In this document: piece after piece, positions 48,170 through 57,601 of the stretch
Numbering within the stretch: position 1 is the first letter of the stretch
Layout of the letters: the number at the start of each line of letters is the position of its first letter
NCBI GenBank assembly: GCA_965230295.1
Contig: OZ246001.1
Coordinates: forward strand, 576,001 to 640,000
Source: Marinicella sp.
GTDB lineage: Bacteria > Pseudomonadota > Gammaproteobacteria > Xanthomonadales > Marinicellaceae
Direction: 5' to 3'
DNA length: 64,000 bases
Position numbers and translations under genes: made by a program
Notes under the pieces: generated by a model
Told to the model about the DNA's origin: nothing
The model's input: only the letters and a program-made list of their open reading frames with translations
Databases searched by the model: none

Positions 48170-50016
48170 AACGAAACCTCCAGTAAATCAGTGACCATAT
48201 CCACCGGAGCAGATTTACCATAATCTTCCCATAACTGTTTCATGAATGCGCCTCTTGACTGATCTTGAGGACCCACTGACCAGTTACGATCACACATCAA
48301 GTTCTCCGAAGGGGTGCTGTTGGCAGTTGCTTCAGCATCCAGAAAGTCAATATATTCTTTACTGGCAGTTTGATATTTTAATGTGGCAAAGACAGTGATT
48401 GGGAGTTGGGCTCCAGATATGGGAATGGTATAACGCGTGGTGTCGTAATTCACTAAATATTCAGAAGATTGTGGATCTGTTGGATAATTTTGGCCAACTG
48501 GTTTAAGGGTGATGTCATCCCCTCCCCTGAACCCCAATGGTGGAATGCGATTGTCTTTGTAGATGCAATCATTAAGTACGAAGTGAAACATTTTTTGGTT
48601 GCTGCTGTCTTCAATTTCACAAGTATCGTTGAGTTCATTCCATTGGCCTTGTAATGATTCATAAATCTTGATCTGCGGATCTTCAGTCAATACAGCTGTC
48701 ACTGGATCATAAGCCCCAGATTCAAAAAGATCCACCGCCAAATCATCTGTAGCAACCACATTCAACCACATACGCCGACCTTCAGGATAACCTGTTGGCA
48801 ATTTGTGCCCGGTTAAATTGGTTACCCTCACATCAACGACCAAATTGTTGCCATCATTGGAAACCAGTTCCACATCGATTGCTGCACTGTTCAATTGAAG
48901 CATATTGGTTGCGTAGGTGGTGGTCAGGTCCAGCATTTCTTTTATGCCTTGGTCAACCACTTCCAATTGGTCGCCATAAATGGCTTTGATGACTTGAGGC
49001 ACCCATGTATTACCACCTGCAAACTGATGGGTACGCATGTTATTTTCACGATCACCAGGCGCATTGAAAACACAGGCCCTTGAGGCCATGTCAGTTGATT
49101 GAGGCATGTGGCATCCCTGGCAAGTTTGGCCCTCTGTAAGCACTGGTATTTGACCGTAGTCAGCCATTTCTGACCCATCCCGAAAAATCAAATCCGCGAA
49201 TAATGATAATTTCCACTCTGTATATGTCCTTTCTATCGGCATGGGTAGGCTGGTCTCTGTCAATGTTTCATTGTTCCAAAAAAGCTGCGCATAGCTCAGC
49301 ACACCGTTGTTATCTATTTCAGGTGATGACACGTCATGGCAACTGCCACAAAATTCGGCAGATTGGATGAAGCTGGAATAAGACCATTCATGAGGCGGTT
49401 GTCCAACTGGGCTGCCTGCTTCATATTTGTAGGGCCCTTTGCGACAAGGGCCTTGACCTGGAAGGCATTCATCGTCATCCATCCAGACGTTACCATTTTC
49501 AATGATTTGTGGTTCTCCATTGGGCCCATATTGGTCGATGCGATGACAAAAATGACAGGTCACACCGCTGTAATCATTGGTGGCGCTGTTAATGGCTGTA
49601 TGATTGCCTTGAAGTTCACAACCATCAGCGCCATCTACCAAGGGTAAACCTGCACTGGCCGGTTTAACCACATTACCTTTGAACCAACCTTGTGGTGTGT
49701 GACACTTTAAACAAAAATCTCCCACTCCTGGAACATCATTGTTGGCCACATCAAGAGCAGCCCAGAATAAAGGATCTCTGGTGGCTTGAGCTTTCATTGA
49801 ACCAGCCCATGTGGTATAGGGCATGAAATGTTTGTCATTGTCATAGTTAGGGTCGCCAAAGTAGCCAGCATGACAACTGTGGCATTCAGCAGGTCCTGAT
49901 AAACCAAAATTCAACCCAGGCTGGCTGGCGTGTGGAGTGAAATCAATTGGGTCGCCCGCGTGGACTGAATGACTGACACTGCAAACAGTGATTAGATACA
50001 AAAATATACGAATCAT
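48166..50016 (-). CDS. Secreted pentaheme c-type cytochrome
   Basis: CxxCH x5 (CHSCH, CLKCH, CHFCH, CGSCH, CQGCH); GHKLPTG; signal peptide. Confidence 0.88.
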   Translation of the reverse strand: MIRIFLYLITVCSVSHSVHAGDPIDFTPHASQPGLNFGLSGPAECHSCHAGYFGDPNYDNDKHFMPYTTWAGSMKAQATRDPLFWAALDVANNDVPGVGDFCLKCHTPQGWFKGNVVKPASAGLPLVDGADGCELQGNHTAINSATNDYSGVTCHFCHRIDQYGPNGEPQIIENGNVWMDDDECLPGQGPCRKGPYKYEAGSPVGQPPHEWSYSSFIQSAEFCGSCHDVSSPEIDNNGVLSYAQLFWNNETLTETSLPMPIERTYTEWKLSLFADLIFRDGSEMADYGQIPVLTEGQTCQGCHMPQSTDMASRACVFNAPGDRENNMRTHQFAGGNTWVPQVIKAIYGDQLEVVDQGIKEMLDLTTTYATNMLQLNSAAIDVELVSNDGNNLVVDVRVTNLTGHKLPTGYPEGRRMWLNVVATDDLAVDLFESGAYDPVTAVLTEDPQIKIYESLQGQWNELNDTCEIEDSSNQKMFHFVLNDCIYKDNRIPPLGFRGGDDITLKPVGQNYPTDPQSSEYLVNYDTTRYTIPISGAQLPITVFATLKYQTASKEYIDFLDAEATANSTPSENLMCDRNWSVGPQDQSRGAFMKQLWEDYGKSAPVDMVTDLLEVSL

Positions 50017-50254
50017 GTTGTGTGGTTTTTATGCGGTCAATTTTAAACCCAATGATTATAGGCATAATAAGCACAAATGCCTACTCATCTAAGCATAAAT
50101 TGACATAAAAAGCCGTCTATTTGTACATTTAAGTCAGAAATTTTCGATTTCATCAGCAAATCTGTCCAATTACACTGGTTCTCCATGGCCAAGATTGATT
50201 CTAATTCTGGCCATTCGCAATGAATAATCAACTTAACAATATGAGGAGAAATAC

Positions 50255-50509
50255 ATGAAGTTATTCAAAAGCATAGTTATCGCAAGCCTGTTGTTGGCAC
50301 AAACTGTCATGGCAGCCGTTAACATCAACACCGCCGATGCCGATAAAATTGCCAGTGAGCTCAAAGGAATCGGGCTTTCAAAAGCAACCGCGATTGTGGC
50401 CTATCGAGCCAAAAACGGCCCTTTCGAAACGGTGGAGCAGCTGACCAAAGTCAAAGGCATTGGCTTGAAAACAGTCGAGAAAAACCGCAAAGAAATATTA
50501 TTGAAATAA
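50255..50509 (+). CDS. ComEA-family helix-hairpin-helix DNA-binding protein
   Basis: VNINTA, LKGIG.SKA.AIV.YR..NGPF, VKGIG. Confidence 0.92.
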   Translation: MKLFKSIVIASLLLAQTVMAAVNINTADADKIASELKGIGLSKATAIVAYRAKNGPFETVEQLTKVKGIGLKTVEKNRKEILLK

Positions 50510-50558
50510 ACCAGAACCATTGAGACTTCTCAGTTTCAAACACATTGACCCGGCTGGT

Positions 50559-50918
50559 TTATAATGAATCAGTCGGGTCCTCTGTTTGTTCTGTGTCTGA
50601 ACTTTTCAAGTACTTAATGGTGACTTCTCTGGATTTGCGATTGATCAACTGGTTTTTTATTTGCTCTTCAGTCAGCAAATTTTCAGCAGATTCGGACAGG
50701 TGTTCAAAAACCTCTTTATAACTGTTGGTCAGGTTATCAATCAAATCGGCCGTCTTGGCAAAATGACTTTCTACATCTTGTTGGTAATTTTGCAACTGCT
50801 CTTCAACCGCTTTAACCGATGGTCCCGTGGTTTTATTTCGCAATGAGAAATACATAAAAAGACCACCAATAACCAATCCAACAATCCCTGCCAATACCAT
50901 GTTCAAAACATCATCCAT
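50559..50918 (-). CDS. YhcB/ZapG (DUF1043) family protein
   Basis: N-terminal TM, YQQDV..HF.KTA.L...L...Y..V..HL. Confidence 0.85.
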   Translation of the reverse strand: MDDVLNMVLAGIVGLVIGGLFMYFSLRNKTTGPSVKAVEEQLQNYQQDVESHFAKTADLIDNLTNSYKEVFEHLSESAENLLTEEQIKNQLINRKSREVTIKYLKSSDTEQTEDPTDSL

Positions 50919-50929
50919 TTCATCACCTC

Positions 50930-51262
50930 TTAATCATTTTCTTGTACCAACACCCACGGTGCCACTGTGACTGCTTGCAATTCAGTGCGATTCGCAAGCC
51001 ATTTTTCCGCATGCTCATCATGTGCCCTCACCAACTGTTCCTGTTCCATCCACAGCTTAATCTGATCTGCATTATCGGCATGGATCTGAACCGCCGCTTC
51101 AATCAAATCAAGGCGAGCATCAACCTTGATTAAAATGCCTTTGGCGAAGTGCTTTTGGAGTTCATGAAAACCGATCACACCAAGTTCGCGCTCAAAATGT
51201 TCTCGGGGGGTCATGTCTTCATCTGATTTGACGGGCTGTTCTTGTGTCATTTTTTCTGCCAT
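50930..51262 (-). CDS. DUF2288 family protein
   Basis: EL..HFA.G, LDL, VAPWVLVQ. Confidence 0.85.
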   Translation of the reverse strand: MAEKMTQEQPVKSDEDMTPREHFERELGVIGFHELQKHFAKGILIKVDARLDLIEAAVQIHADNADQIKLWMEQEQLVRAHDEHAEKWLANRTELQAVTVAPWVLVQEND

Positions 51263-52092
51263 TAAAATTCAGGTTCTTCACGCCACGGTTGACGGTTTAC
51301 ATAAGTCTGTAAACGCTTGATGGCACCAAAGCACAATTCGTCATCGGAATGACTGAATTGCTCTGTGTATTTATCTACCGATAGTTTAAATTCATTTTCA
51401 TCATTGGAAAAGTCCAGATCACAAAAATCTTCCACCACCCATGACTGAACCTCGATGGCTTCATTGTAGTCTGCAATTTCTGCCAACACCGCTGCTTTGG
51501 TATCTAAATAGGCCCAAGGAATGGGTTCCATGCTCGAGTACAAACTTTGTAAATCAGCATAAATTTTCCATGCTTTTTGCCCATTTCTACACTGTTTATC
51601 GGGCAAGGTTGACAGCATCCAGGCATGGTCATTATAAGCAGCCTTGACATCTCTCAATTGTGCTTCATGCAACAACTCATAGGCTTTGTTACAATCAAAC
51701 GCTTCGCCATCAATTTGGTATATGTGGTAAATACTTAAACGGTAAAAGGCTTCACCATGGCCCGCATCTGAGGCTTTCTCAAACCACTGCTTTGCTTCTG
51801 GGTAAGATTGGTCCTGATAAAACATTTTACCCAATTCAAACATCCCGTGAACGTAACCCATTTCGGCCGATTTCATAAACCATTCTTTGGCTTTTACCAA
51901 GTTTTTTTCAATCCCCATTGACCCGTCAGCAAATGCCGAAGCAATGAAAAAGGCACTTTCGGCATGGCCTGCTTCAACTTGCTCCAATAATGCAGTAGGT
52001 ATGATGGATTCTTCGGCTGGCACAATGACATCTTGAGTCGCCTCAACCCCAGTTGAAAGCAACAGGATGATCAAAGTGATTATTTTATCCAT
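51262..52092 (-). CDS. Sel1-repeat secreted protein
   Basis: A.EWF.KSAE.G, A.QWFEKA...GH.EA. Confidence 0.85.
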   Translation of the reverse strand: MDKIITLIILLLSTGVEATQDVIVPAEESIIPTALLEQVEAGHAESAFFIASAFADGSMGIEKNLVKAKEWFMKSAEMGYVHGMFELGKMFYQDQSYPEAKQWFEKASDAGHGEAFYRLSIYHIYQIDGEAFDCNKAYELLHEAQLRDVKAAYNDHAWMLSTLPDKQCRNGQKAWKIYADLQSLYSSMEPIPWAYLDTKAAVLAEIADYNEAIEVQSWVVEDFCDLDFSNDENEFKLSVDKYTEQFSHSDDELCFGAIKRLQTYVNRQPWREEPEF

Positions 52093-53387
52093 TGTAAAAA
52101 TTTGCGACCTCTGTGTTGGTAATCAGTAAATGCATCAAAACTCGGCGCACCTGGGGAAAACAATACCGTGTCGCCAGGTTCAGAATCCTGTTTTGCTTGC
52201 ATGACTGCCTGTTTTAAATCTGCTACATATATACATTGTGTTTTTATGGCTTGATTCAAGATCAATTGCTGAATTTTTTTGCCATTTTGACCACTGCAAA
52301 CAATCATTTTAGGTGAACTTTCATGCAACTTCTCAACCCACCATGACCAGTCTATCCCACGATCATAACCACCGACCAGCAAAATGGTGTTTTTCATGTC
52401 TACAGTAGACAAAGCGGCCCAAGTGGCATGCGGGGTTGATGAAATGCTGTCATTGATGTAGCTGACTCCTGCTAACCTTGCCACTGTTTCAAGACGATGT
52501 GGTAAAGCTTTGAATGTCTTTAATTCATTGATGACTGTCTTGATGTCTAGACCCAATAGGCCCATCACTGTACAGACGGCAGCAGCATTGCTCAGATTAT
52601 GCACCCCTTTCAGTTGCCAGCCATATACCGAAATCAAGGCTTTGTCTTGATACATCAACACCCCATTGAGCACATAAAACCCTTGCTGGTCTTCAAAATA
52701 GTTTATGTCAGCTTCCAGTGGTTGTTGTAACAACCAATCAGCGCTGTTTGGGTCTTTGGCATTCAGCACCACTTGTTGGGCATGTTGCAGCAGTTGCCAT
52801 TTATCAGCATGGTACTGTGTTTCACTTTTATGCCAATTCAAGTGTTCGCTGTATAGATTTAACAACAGTGCCATATCGGCTTTAATTGCACCATCTTGGG
52901 CCTGATAACTGGAGGTCTCTAAAACCACATAGTCATACTGTTCTAGACATGCAATCAATGGGACACCAAAATTCCCTGCCAACACCACCCGATGGCCTTG
53001 GGCTTGTAAAACAGCAGTCATCATGGCACTGGTGGTACTTTTGCCTTTGGTTCCCGTCACTGCGATGACACAACCTGACTTTTCATTACTGAACCACAAC
53101 GCAGATGAGCTGATGATTTGGCACGAAGCATTCATAGCTGTTGCTTGGTACGGGCTGATTCCCGGTGACTTGATCACCACATCAAATTGGTCCAACACTT
53201 GTGTGGTCACTGCTGCCGTCATGAACGTCACTGTATCATTGTTAATTTCATTGATTTCTTCAGCCGGACAGAGGATGGTGAAATTCAATTCAGGACAGCG
53301 CAACTTCAAATAATCAGCTGTGGCTTTGCCCTCGACACCGTAACCCCAAATGGCCACTTGGGCTGTTTTGAGCCGTTCAAGTAACAT
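52080..53387 (-). CDS. murD: UDP-MurNAc-L-Ala:glutamate ligase, MurD2 type
   Basis: WGYGVEG, KSPGIS, TGTKGKSTT, EHLNWH, LPHRL, INDSISSTP; adjacent to murL. Confidence 0.9.
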   Translation of the reverse strand: MLLERLKTAQVAIWGYGVEGKATADYLKLRCPELNFTILCPAEEINEINNDTVTFMTAAVTTQVLDQFDVVIKSPGISPYQATAMNASCQIISSSALWFSNEKSGCVIAVTGTKGKSTTSAMMTAVLQAQGHRVVLAGNFGVPLIACLEQYDYVVLETSSYQAQDGAIKADMALLLNLYSEHLNWHKSETQYHADKWQLLQHAQQVVLNAKDPNSADWLLQQPLEADINYFEDQQGFYVLNGVLMYQDKALISVYGWQLKGVHNLSNAAAVCTVMGLLGLDIKTVINELKTFKALPHRLETVARLAGVSYINDSISSTPHATWAALSTVDMKNTILLVGGYDRGIDWSWWVEKLHESSPKMIVCSGQNGKKIQQLILNQAIKTQCIYVADLKQAVMQAKQDSEPGDTVLFSPGAPSFDAFTDYQHRGRKFLQWIK

Positions 53388-54732
53388 CGGTCAATACCTG
53401 CTTAAAATTTCGCTTTTCTGGTAATCCATGCCCTTTACTGGCAGTCATGATGGTGACGGCTTCAGCGGCTTCAATCACCGGCATTTGTGTCAGCCAAGAT
53501 TTTACTTTAGGGTTATTCTGCCAATCCGGATGCGCTGACAACAGCTGTAATGCCAGGCGACATTCCTGTTCTTCGCCCACACACTCAAATGGCTTAACAC
53601 CCTGGATACCCAATAATGATTCAAATAACTCATCCAGTTGGTCGTCTGCCAACAAATTCTTTCTGAAAATACCCAATAATTTATCTTTCGAGACAAAGGG
53701 TGCCAAACACAGAAACACAAATGCACATTTGGGGCAGTGGCCACACCAATGGTGTGCTTCGTTTTGCGAACCGGCTAAATGAAAGTTCCGATTACAACTG
53801 GAGAAATGAGGAAAATAGCGTTCGAGGTGTGAAAATTTTTTCACAATGGCCAACTCTGAAAATGGCCTCAACAATGAAAAACAATCCAGGTCTTTGGCGA
53901 TTTGTTCCTCAATCACCTGCTGCCATAGCAACTCATAGGCCAGTGATTTTGAATGTTGATGATTGACCCACTGACCCGATTCAGCTTTGAAGTTACCGAC
54001 TTCAGCTGATCGTTCATTGGAAAACACCACAGAATCAAAATCAAATATCAAAGCAGCGGCCACTGCGACACAGGCATTTATGGCAGTGATGGGCACATGA
54101 CCATTGAAAGCTCCGGCGGCATTGGCCTGCGACAATTTACCGTCCACTTGCCGCTTAATTTGCAGCAGTGGCAAACCCGTTTCATGAGCTACGCCCTGGA
54201 TAAATTCAGATTGACCCACCATGAATAAACTGGCCTCTTCACCCATGGATTTGATGGCTTCAATGCTGACCAAAGAATCCTTGCCACCTCCTATGGCCAC
54301 CAATGAACGGGGGGCTAAATGCGAAGTTTGTGCTACAAGCACCGAGGCTTGTTGCCCTGTAAATTGGATGTGGTCCAGCCAGGGTAAACCATTTTCAAAG
54401 GCCAATTCAGCCAACCCAGCTTGCCAGGTTTGGGTCAACCACTGTGCCTGCAATTCACTGGGCGTTCGACCAGTAAATGACAATTTTGGGGACAAGGTGG
54501 TTTTGTAATAACTGACTCCAGCCATCCAGTGCAAACAATCAAAAGCAGCCTGCAGTGGTTTTTTGACTTTTTTCAAGCGTTTTGGGTCTGGCTTGGGGAA
54601 TTGATAGGATTCAGTGAAATCGCCGAACTCAGGATTTGAGTACCTCAGCTCAAGTGTGCCACTGTCGACACAGAAATCCCAGTCTTTGAAACAGAATCCC
54701 ATACCAAACTTTGCTTCAGGATGGGCTCCCAT
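53377..54732 (-). CDS. murL: UDP-MurNAc-L-Ala-L-Glu epimerase MurL
   Basis: AGVSYYK, GGGKDS, NGHVP.TA, SNERSA, VNHQ.SK, FSSCN, WCG.CPKC, KPFECVG. Confidence 0.9.
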   Translation of the reverse strand: MGAHPEAKFGMGFCFKDWDFCVDSGTLELRYSNPEFGDFTESYQFPKPDPKRLKKVKKPLQAAFDCLHWMAGVSYYKTTLSPKLSFTGRTPSELQAQWLTQTWQAGLAELAFENGLPWLDHIQFTGQQASVLVAQTSHLAPRSLVAIGGGKDSLVSIEAIKSMGEEASLFMVGQSEFIQGVAHETGLPLLQIKRQVDGKLSQANAAGAFNGHVPITAINACVAVAAALIFDFDSVVFSNERSAEVGNFKAESGQWVNHQHSKSLAYELLWQQVIEEQIAKDLDCFSLLRPFSELAIVKKFSHLERYFPHFSSCNRNFHLAGSQNEAHHWCGHCPKCAFVFLCLAPFVSKDKLLGIFRKNLLADDQLDELFESLLGIQGVKPFECVGEEQECRLALQLLSAHPDWQNNPKVKSWLTQMPVIEAAEAVTIMTASKGHGLPEKRNFKQVLTDVT

Positions 54733-56048
54733 CAATCACCTGCAATGGTCATTTCTTCTATCAGCCATGAGCCAGTTTGAATCTTGCTGCGGGTATCAAC
54801 ATCATCACCCACTGCCAACAAAGACTGGTACATGTCCTTCAAATGCCCTGCAATGGTTAATTCACTGACCGGAAATTGAATTTCGCCATGCTCTACCCAA
54901 AACCCTGAAGCACCGCGAGAGTAATCACCGGTGACTGCGTTCACTCCTTGGCCCATCAGTGATGTGACATACAGACCTTTTTGCATGTTTTTTAACATGT
55001 CAGTGGTATTTTCTGTGGGAGAATCTACACTCAAATTGTGTGCCCCACCTGCGTTTCCGGTGGTTTGCATACCCAACCTTCGGGCTGAATATACAGACAG
55101 TAAAAAACCACTCAGCACACCCTGGTCAATGAGGTTTCGCTGTTGGGTTTGCACCCCGTTACTGTCAAAATTACGGCTGGCGAATCCAGCCGCCAGAAAT
55201 GGATTTTCGTTCAAACTGAACCAAGCAGGAAATATGGCTTTATTCAGATCATCTTTTAAAAAACTGGCTTCTTGATACAAAGCACTGCCACTGATGGCAG
55301 ACAGGGCATGCCCAAGCAGTGATTTGGCACATGATGGATCAAATAAAACCGGCGCCTTGGTTGATTTGACTTTCTTTGAACCCAATCGCTTTAACGTGCG
55401 TTCAGCCGCTTTGGCTCCCAGTTCACCAAGCGGCATCAATGAATCAATATCGCGACTGGCATCCCACCAATACTCTCGCTCCATGAGCCCGTTTTGAGTG
55501 GCAATGGCCACCACACTGGCTGATACGTTGCTGCCTCGTTTTTCACCAAAGAAACCGGCTGAGTTGGCATAAATACTGTGGCCTTCACCGAGTTGAACAT
55601 TGGCTTCATCTACATTGATTTCAGCACCTGCTTGACTGGCATAATCAACAGCGCCTTGGTTGGCCATCAAGGCCATGTCCACCAATTCATCTGCCGTTCT
55701 TTGGTTCTCATACTGGGTTTTCAAATCTTTAAAGTCAGAACAGAATAAATGTTCATCAGCCAAGCCTGCGGCCTCATCAGCCTCGGTCAGGCTGGCAATG
55801 GCCACCGCTTTCTCAATGGTTAAATCGATATTGGCCGGATCAATCACAGCTGTAGATGCAGATCCTTTGGCTTGATTCTTGTACGCTGTCACAATCAGGG
55901 ATTTATCATGGTTATTTTCAATGGTATCCACTTCACCATCACGACAACTGACCGACACACCAGATCCCTCTGAATAAACCACTTCAGCTTCAGTGGCACC
56001 TTGTTTTGTTAATTTTGCTAAGACTTGTTCTATGATCGCAGATGACAT
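54732..56048 (-). CDS. pmbA: Metalloprotease PmbA/TldE
   Basis: FDSNG, YSARRLG..TTGNAGG, GQGVN.VTGDYSRGA.GFW. Confidence 0.95.
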   Translation of the reverse strand: MSSAIIEQVLAKLTKQGATEAEVVYSEGSGVSVSCRDGEVDTIENNHDKSLIVTAYKNQAKGSASTAVIDPANIDLTIEKAVAIASLTEADEAAGLADEHLFCSDFKDLKTQYENQRTADELVDMALMANQGAVDYASQAGAEINVDEANVQLGEGHSIYANSAGFFGEKRGSNVSASVVAIATQNGLMEREYWWDASRDIDSLMPLGELGAKAAERTLKRLGSKKVKSTKAPVLFDPSCAKSLLGHALSAISGSALYQEASFLKDDLNKAIFPAWFSLNENPFLAAGFASRNFDSNGVQTQQRNLIDQGVLSGFLLSVYSARRLGMQTTGNAGGAHNLSVDSPTENTTDMLKNMQKGLYVTSLMGQGVNAVTGDYSRGASGFWVEHGEIQFPVSELTIAGHLKDMYQSLLAVGDDVDTRSKIQTGSWLIEEMTIAGD

Positions 56049-56180
56049 TTTTGATTGGTATTTTGGCTGTTCAATAAGGGTGACAGTTTACAAGATTTGA
56101 CACAGACTTTGTCAAAATGATACCTCACTATTTAGTACCTTTTTGGTATCATTCAAGTTTCTGAACAAAAATGGTCCTCA

Positions 56181-56732
56181 ATGAGCCGAAAAAGCAAACA
56201 CAACAACCCCTCTGAAAACCATACACAAGACGATGAAGTCATCAGCAAAACCCAAAAAAAGCAAATGGTTCATGAGTTACAAGAACTGGCTAAAGTCATC
56301 ACCGGCATGCCAAAGAAGAAAATCGCTCAATTAGACCTGTCTGACAATTTCCTGGATGCCATCAACGAGTCCAAACGCATCACCAGTCACATAGCCAGAA
56401 AAAGACATTTCCAATACATGGGTAAACTACTGCTCAAAGCCGATCACACAGCCATCAAAGCACAGATTGAACAAGTTGAGAACAGTGACGGCCACTACCA
56501 AGTCAGAGATGCGGTGATTAACTTATGGATTGAACATTTTGTCGAGCATGAAAAAAAACTGTTTGATCATCTGTACCAGCACCATGACAATGAATTACTC
56601 AGTGCCCTCAGACAAACTTTAAGAAATCACCGCAAAAAACCTGATAACACGGCCAACCGGAAAAAACTATTTCAAGCACTGCGTCAGCTTGACCAGCAGA
56701 TTGAATTACCCAATCCGGTGACCTTGGTCTGA
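56181..56732 (+). CDS. yjgA: Ribosome biogenesis factor YjgA/DarP (DUF615)
   Basis: SKTQ.K....LQ.L, AR.R..QY.GKL, RKKLFQ.L; divergent from pmbA. Confidence 0.88.
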   Translation: MSRKSKHNNPSENHTQDDEVISKTQKKQMVHELQELAKVITGMPKKKIAQLDLSDNFLDAINESKRITSHIARKRHFQYMGKLLLKADHTAIKAQIEQVENSDGHYQVRDAVINLWIEHFVEHEKKLFDHLYQHHDNELLSALRQTLRNHRKKPDNTANRKKLFQALRQLDQQIELPNPVTLV

Positions 56733-56738
56733 CTCAAT

Positions 56739-56885
56739 GGAAAGCTGCTGAGCAGCTTGACCCGCCGAGCCGGTTGGTGAGCCTTGCGAAACAGAGGCGA
56801 AGAGCGCGAGGTAGCATGTCATGTTCGCCGTGGTCGCTTTCACTTTTGTCAGGAACAAAAGTGAATGAAGCCCCAAGAACATTCC
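56739..56885 (+). other. Structured non-coding element, copy C (minimal 147-nt form)
   Basis: Core blocks near-identical to copy A; TTCACTTTTGT/ACAAAAGTGAA hairpin shared with copy B. Confidence 0.75.
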
Positions 56886-56899
56886 TTAGTTAATGGCGC

Positions 56900-57592
56900 C
56901 TATTCAGCATCTGATATTTTAAGCCCCACACCTGGGATGGTGTGTAGCAGTTGTTTGTCGAAAGGTTTGTCGATGGTTTTGCGTAAAATATACAAATGGC
57001 TGCGCAACACATCTGAATCTGGAATCAAGTCACCCCATAACTGCTGTGCCAGCTGATCTTTTGACACCACTTCTGGTGATTTTTTCATCAAAATTTTCAA
57101 AATTTGCAGGCCAGTGGGAGAGACTTTCAGTTTTTGTTTTTCTCGGGTCACCTCCATTGTCCCCAGGTCAAATACCAAGTCACCCACTTTCATTGCTTTG
57201 CTGTCAAATTCACCTCTATGACGCCTGATCATGGATTGCAACCTGGCAATCAATTCATCAGGGTTAAAAGGTTTGGCCAAATAATCATCGGCACCCGTAT
57301 TGAACCCCTTGAGCTTGTCGCCAATCTGGTCTCTGGCTGTCAACATGATGATCGGTACATCAGATTTGGCTTCCCTACGGATTTTATCGCATATCTGAAA
57401 ACCATCTAATCCAGGTAGCATCACATCCAATATCACTGCATCGTAGGGGTTGGTGACTGCCAAATGAAGACCAGTGATACCATCTGCTGCAAAATCCACT
57501 GTAAAGTCAGCCAACTCTAAATGGTCAGCAATGGTTTGAGCCAGGGCTTGGTGGTCTTCCACTAATAGTACATTTGTGCTTTTCTGAGTCAT
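56900..57592 (-). CDS. OmpR-family response regulator (ColR-like)
   Basis: LVED, LDVMLPG.DG, GADDYL.KPF, SD.LRSH.Y.LR..IDKPF. Confidence 0.92.
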   Translation of the reverse strand: MTQKSTNVLLVEDHQALAQTIADHLELADFTVDFAADGITGLHLAVTNPYDAVILDVMLPGLDGFQICDKIRREAKSDVPIIMLTARDQIGDKLKGFNTGADDYLAKPFNPDELIARLQSMIRRHRGEFDSKAMKVGDLVFDLGTMEVTREKQKLKVSPTGLQILKILMKKSPEVVSKDQLAQQLWGDLIPDSDVLRSHLYILRKTIDKPFDKQLLHTIPGVGLKISDAE

Positions 57593-57601
57593 GACTATAC
57601 C

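Noticed and set aside
43686-50016. Genomic island integrated at tRNA-Val
   Set aside because: No integrase and no duplicated tRNA 3' end noticed; no evident compositional shift.
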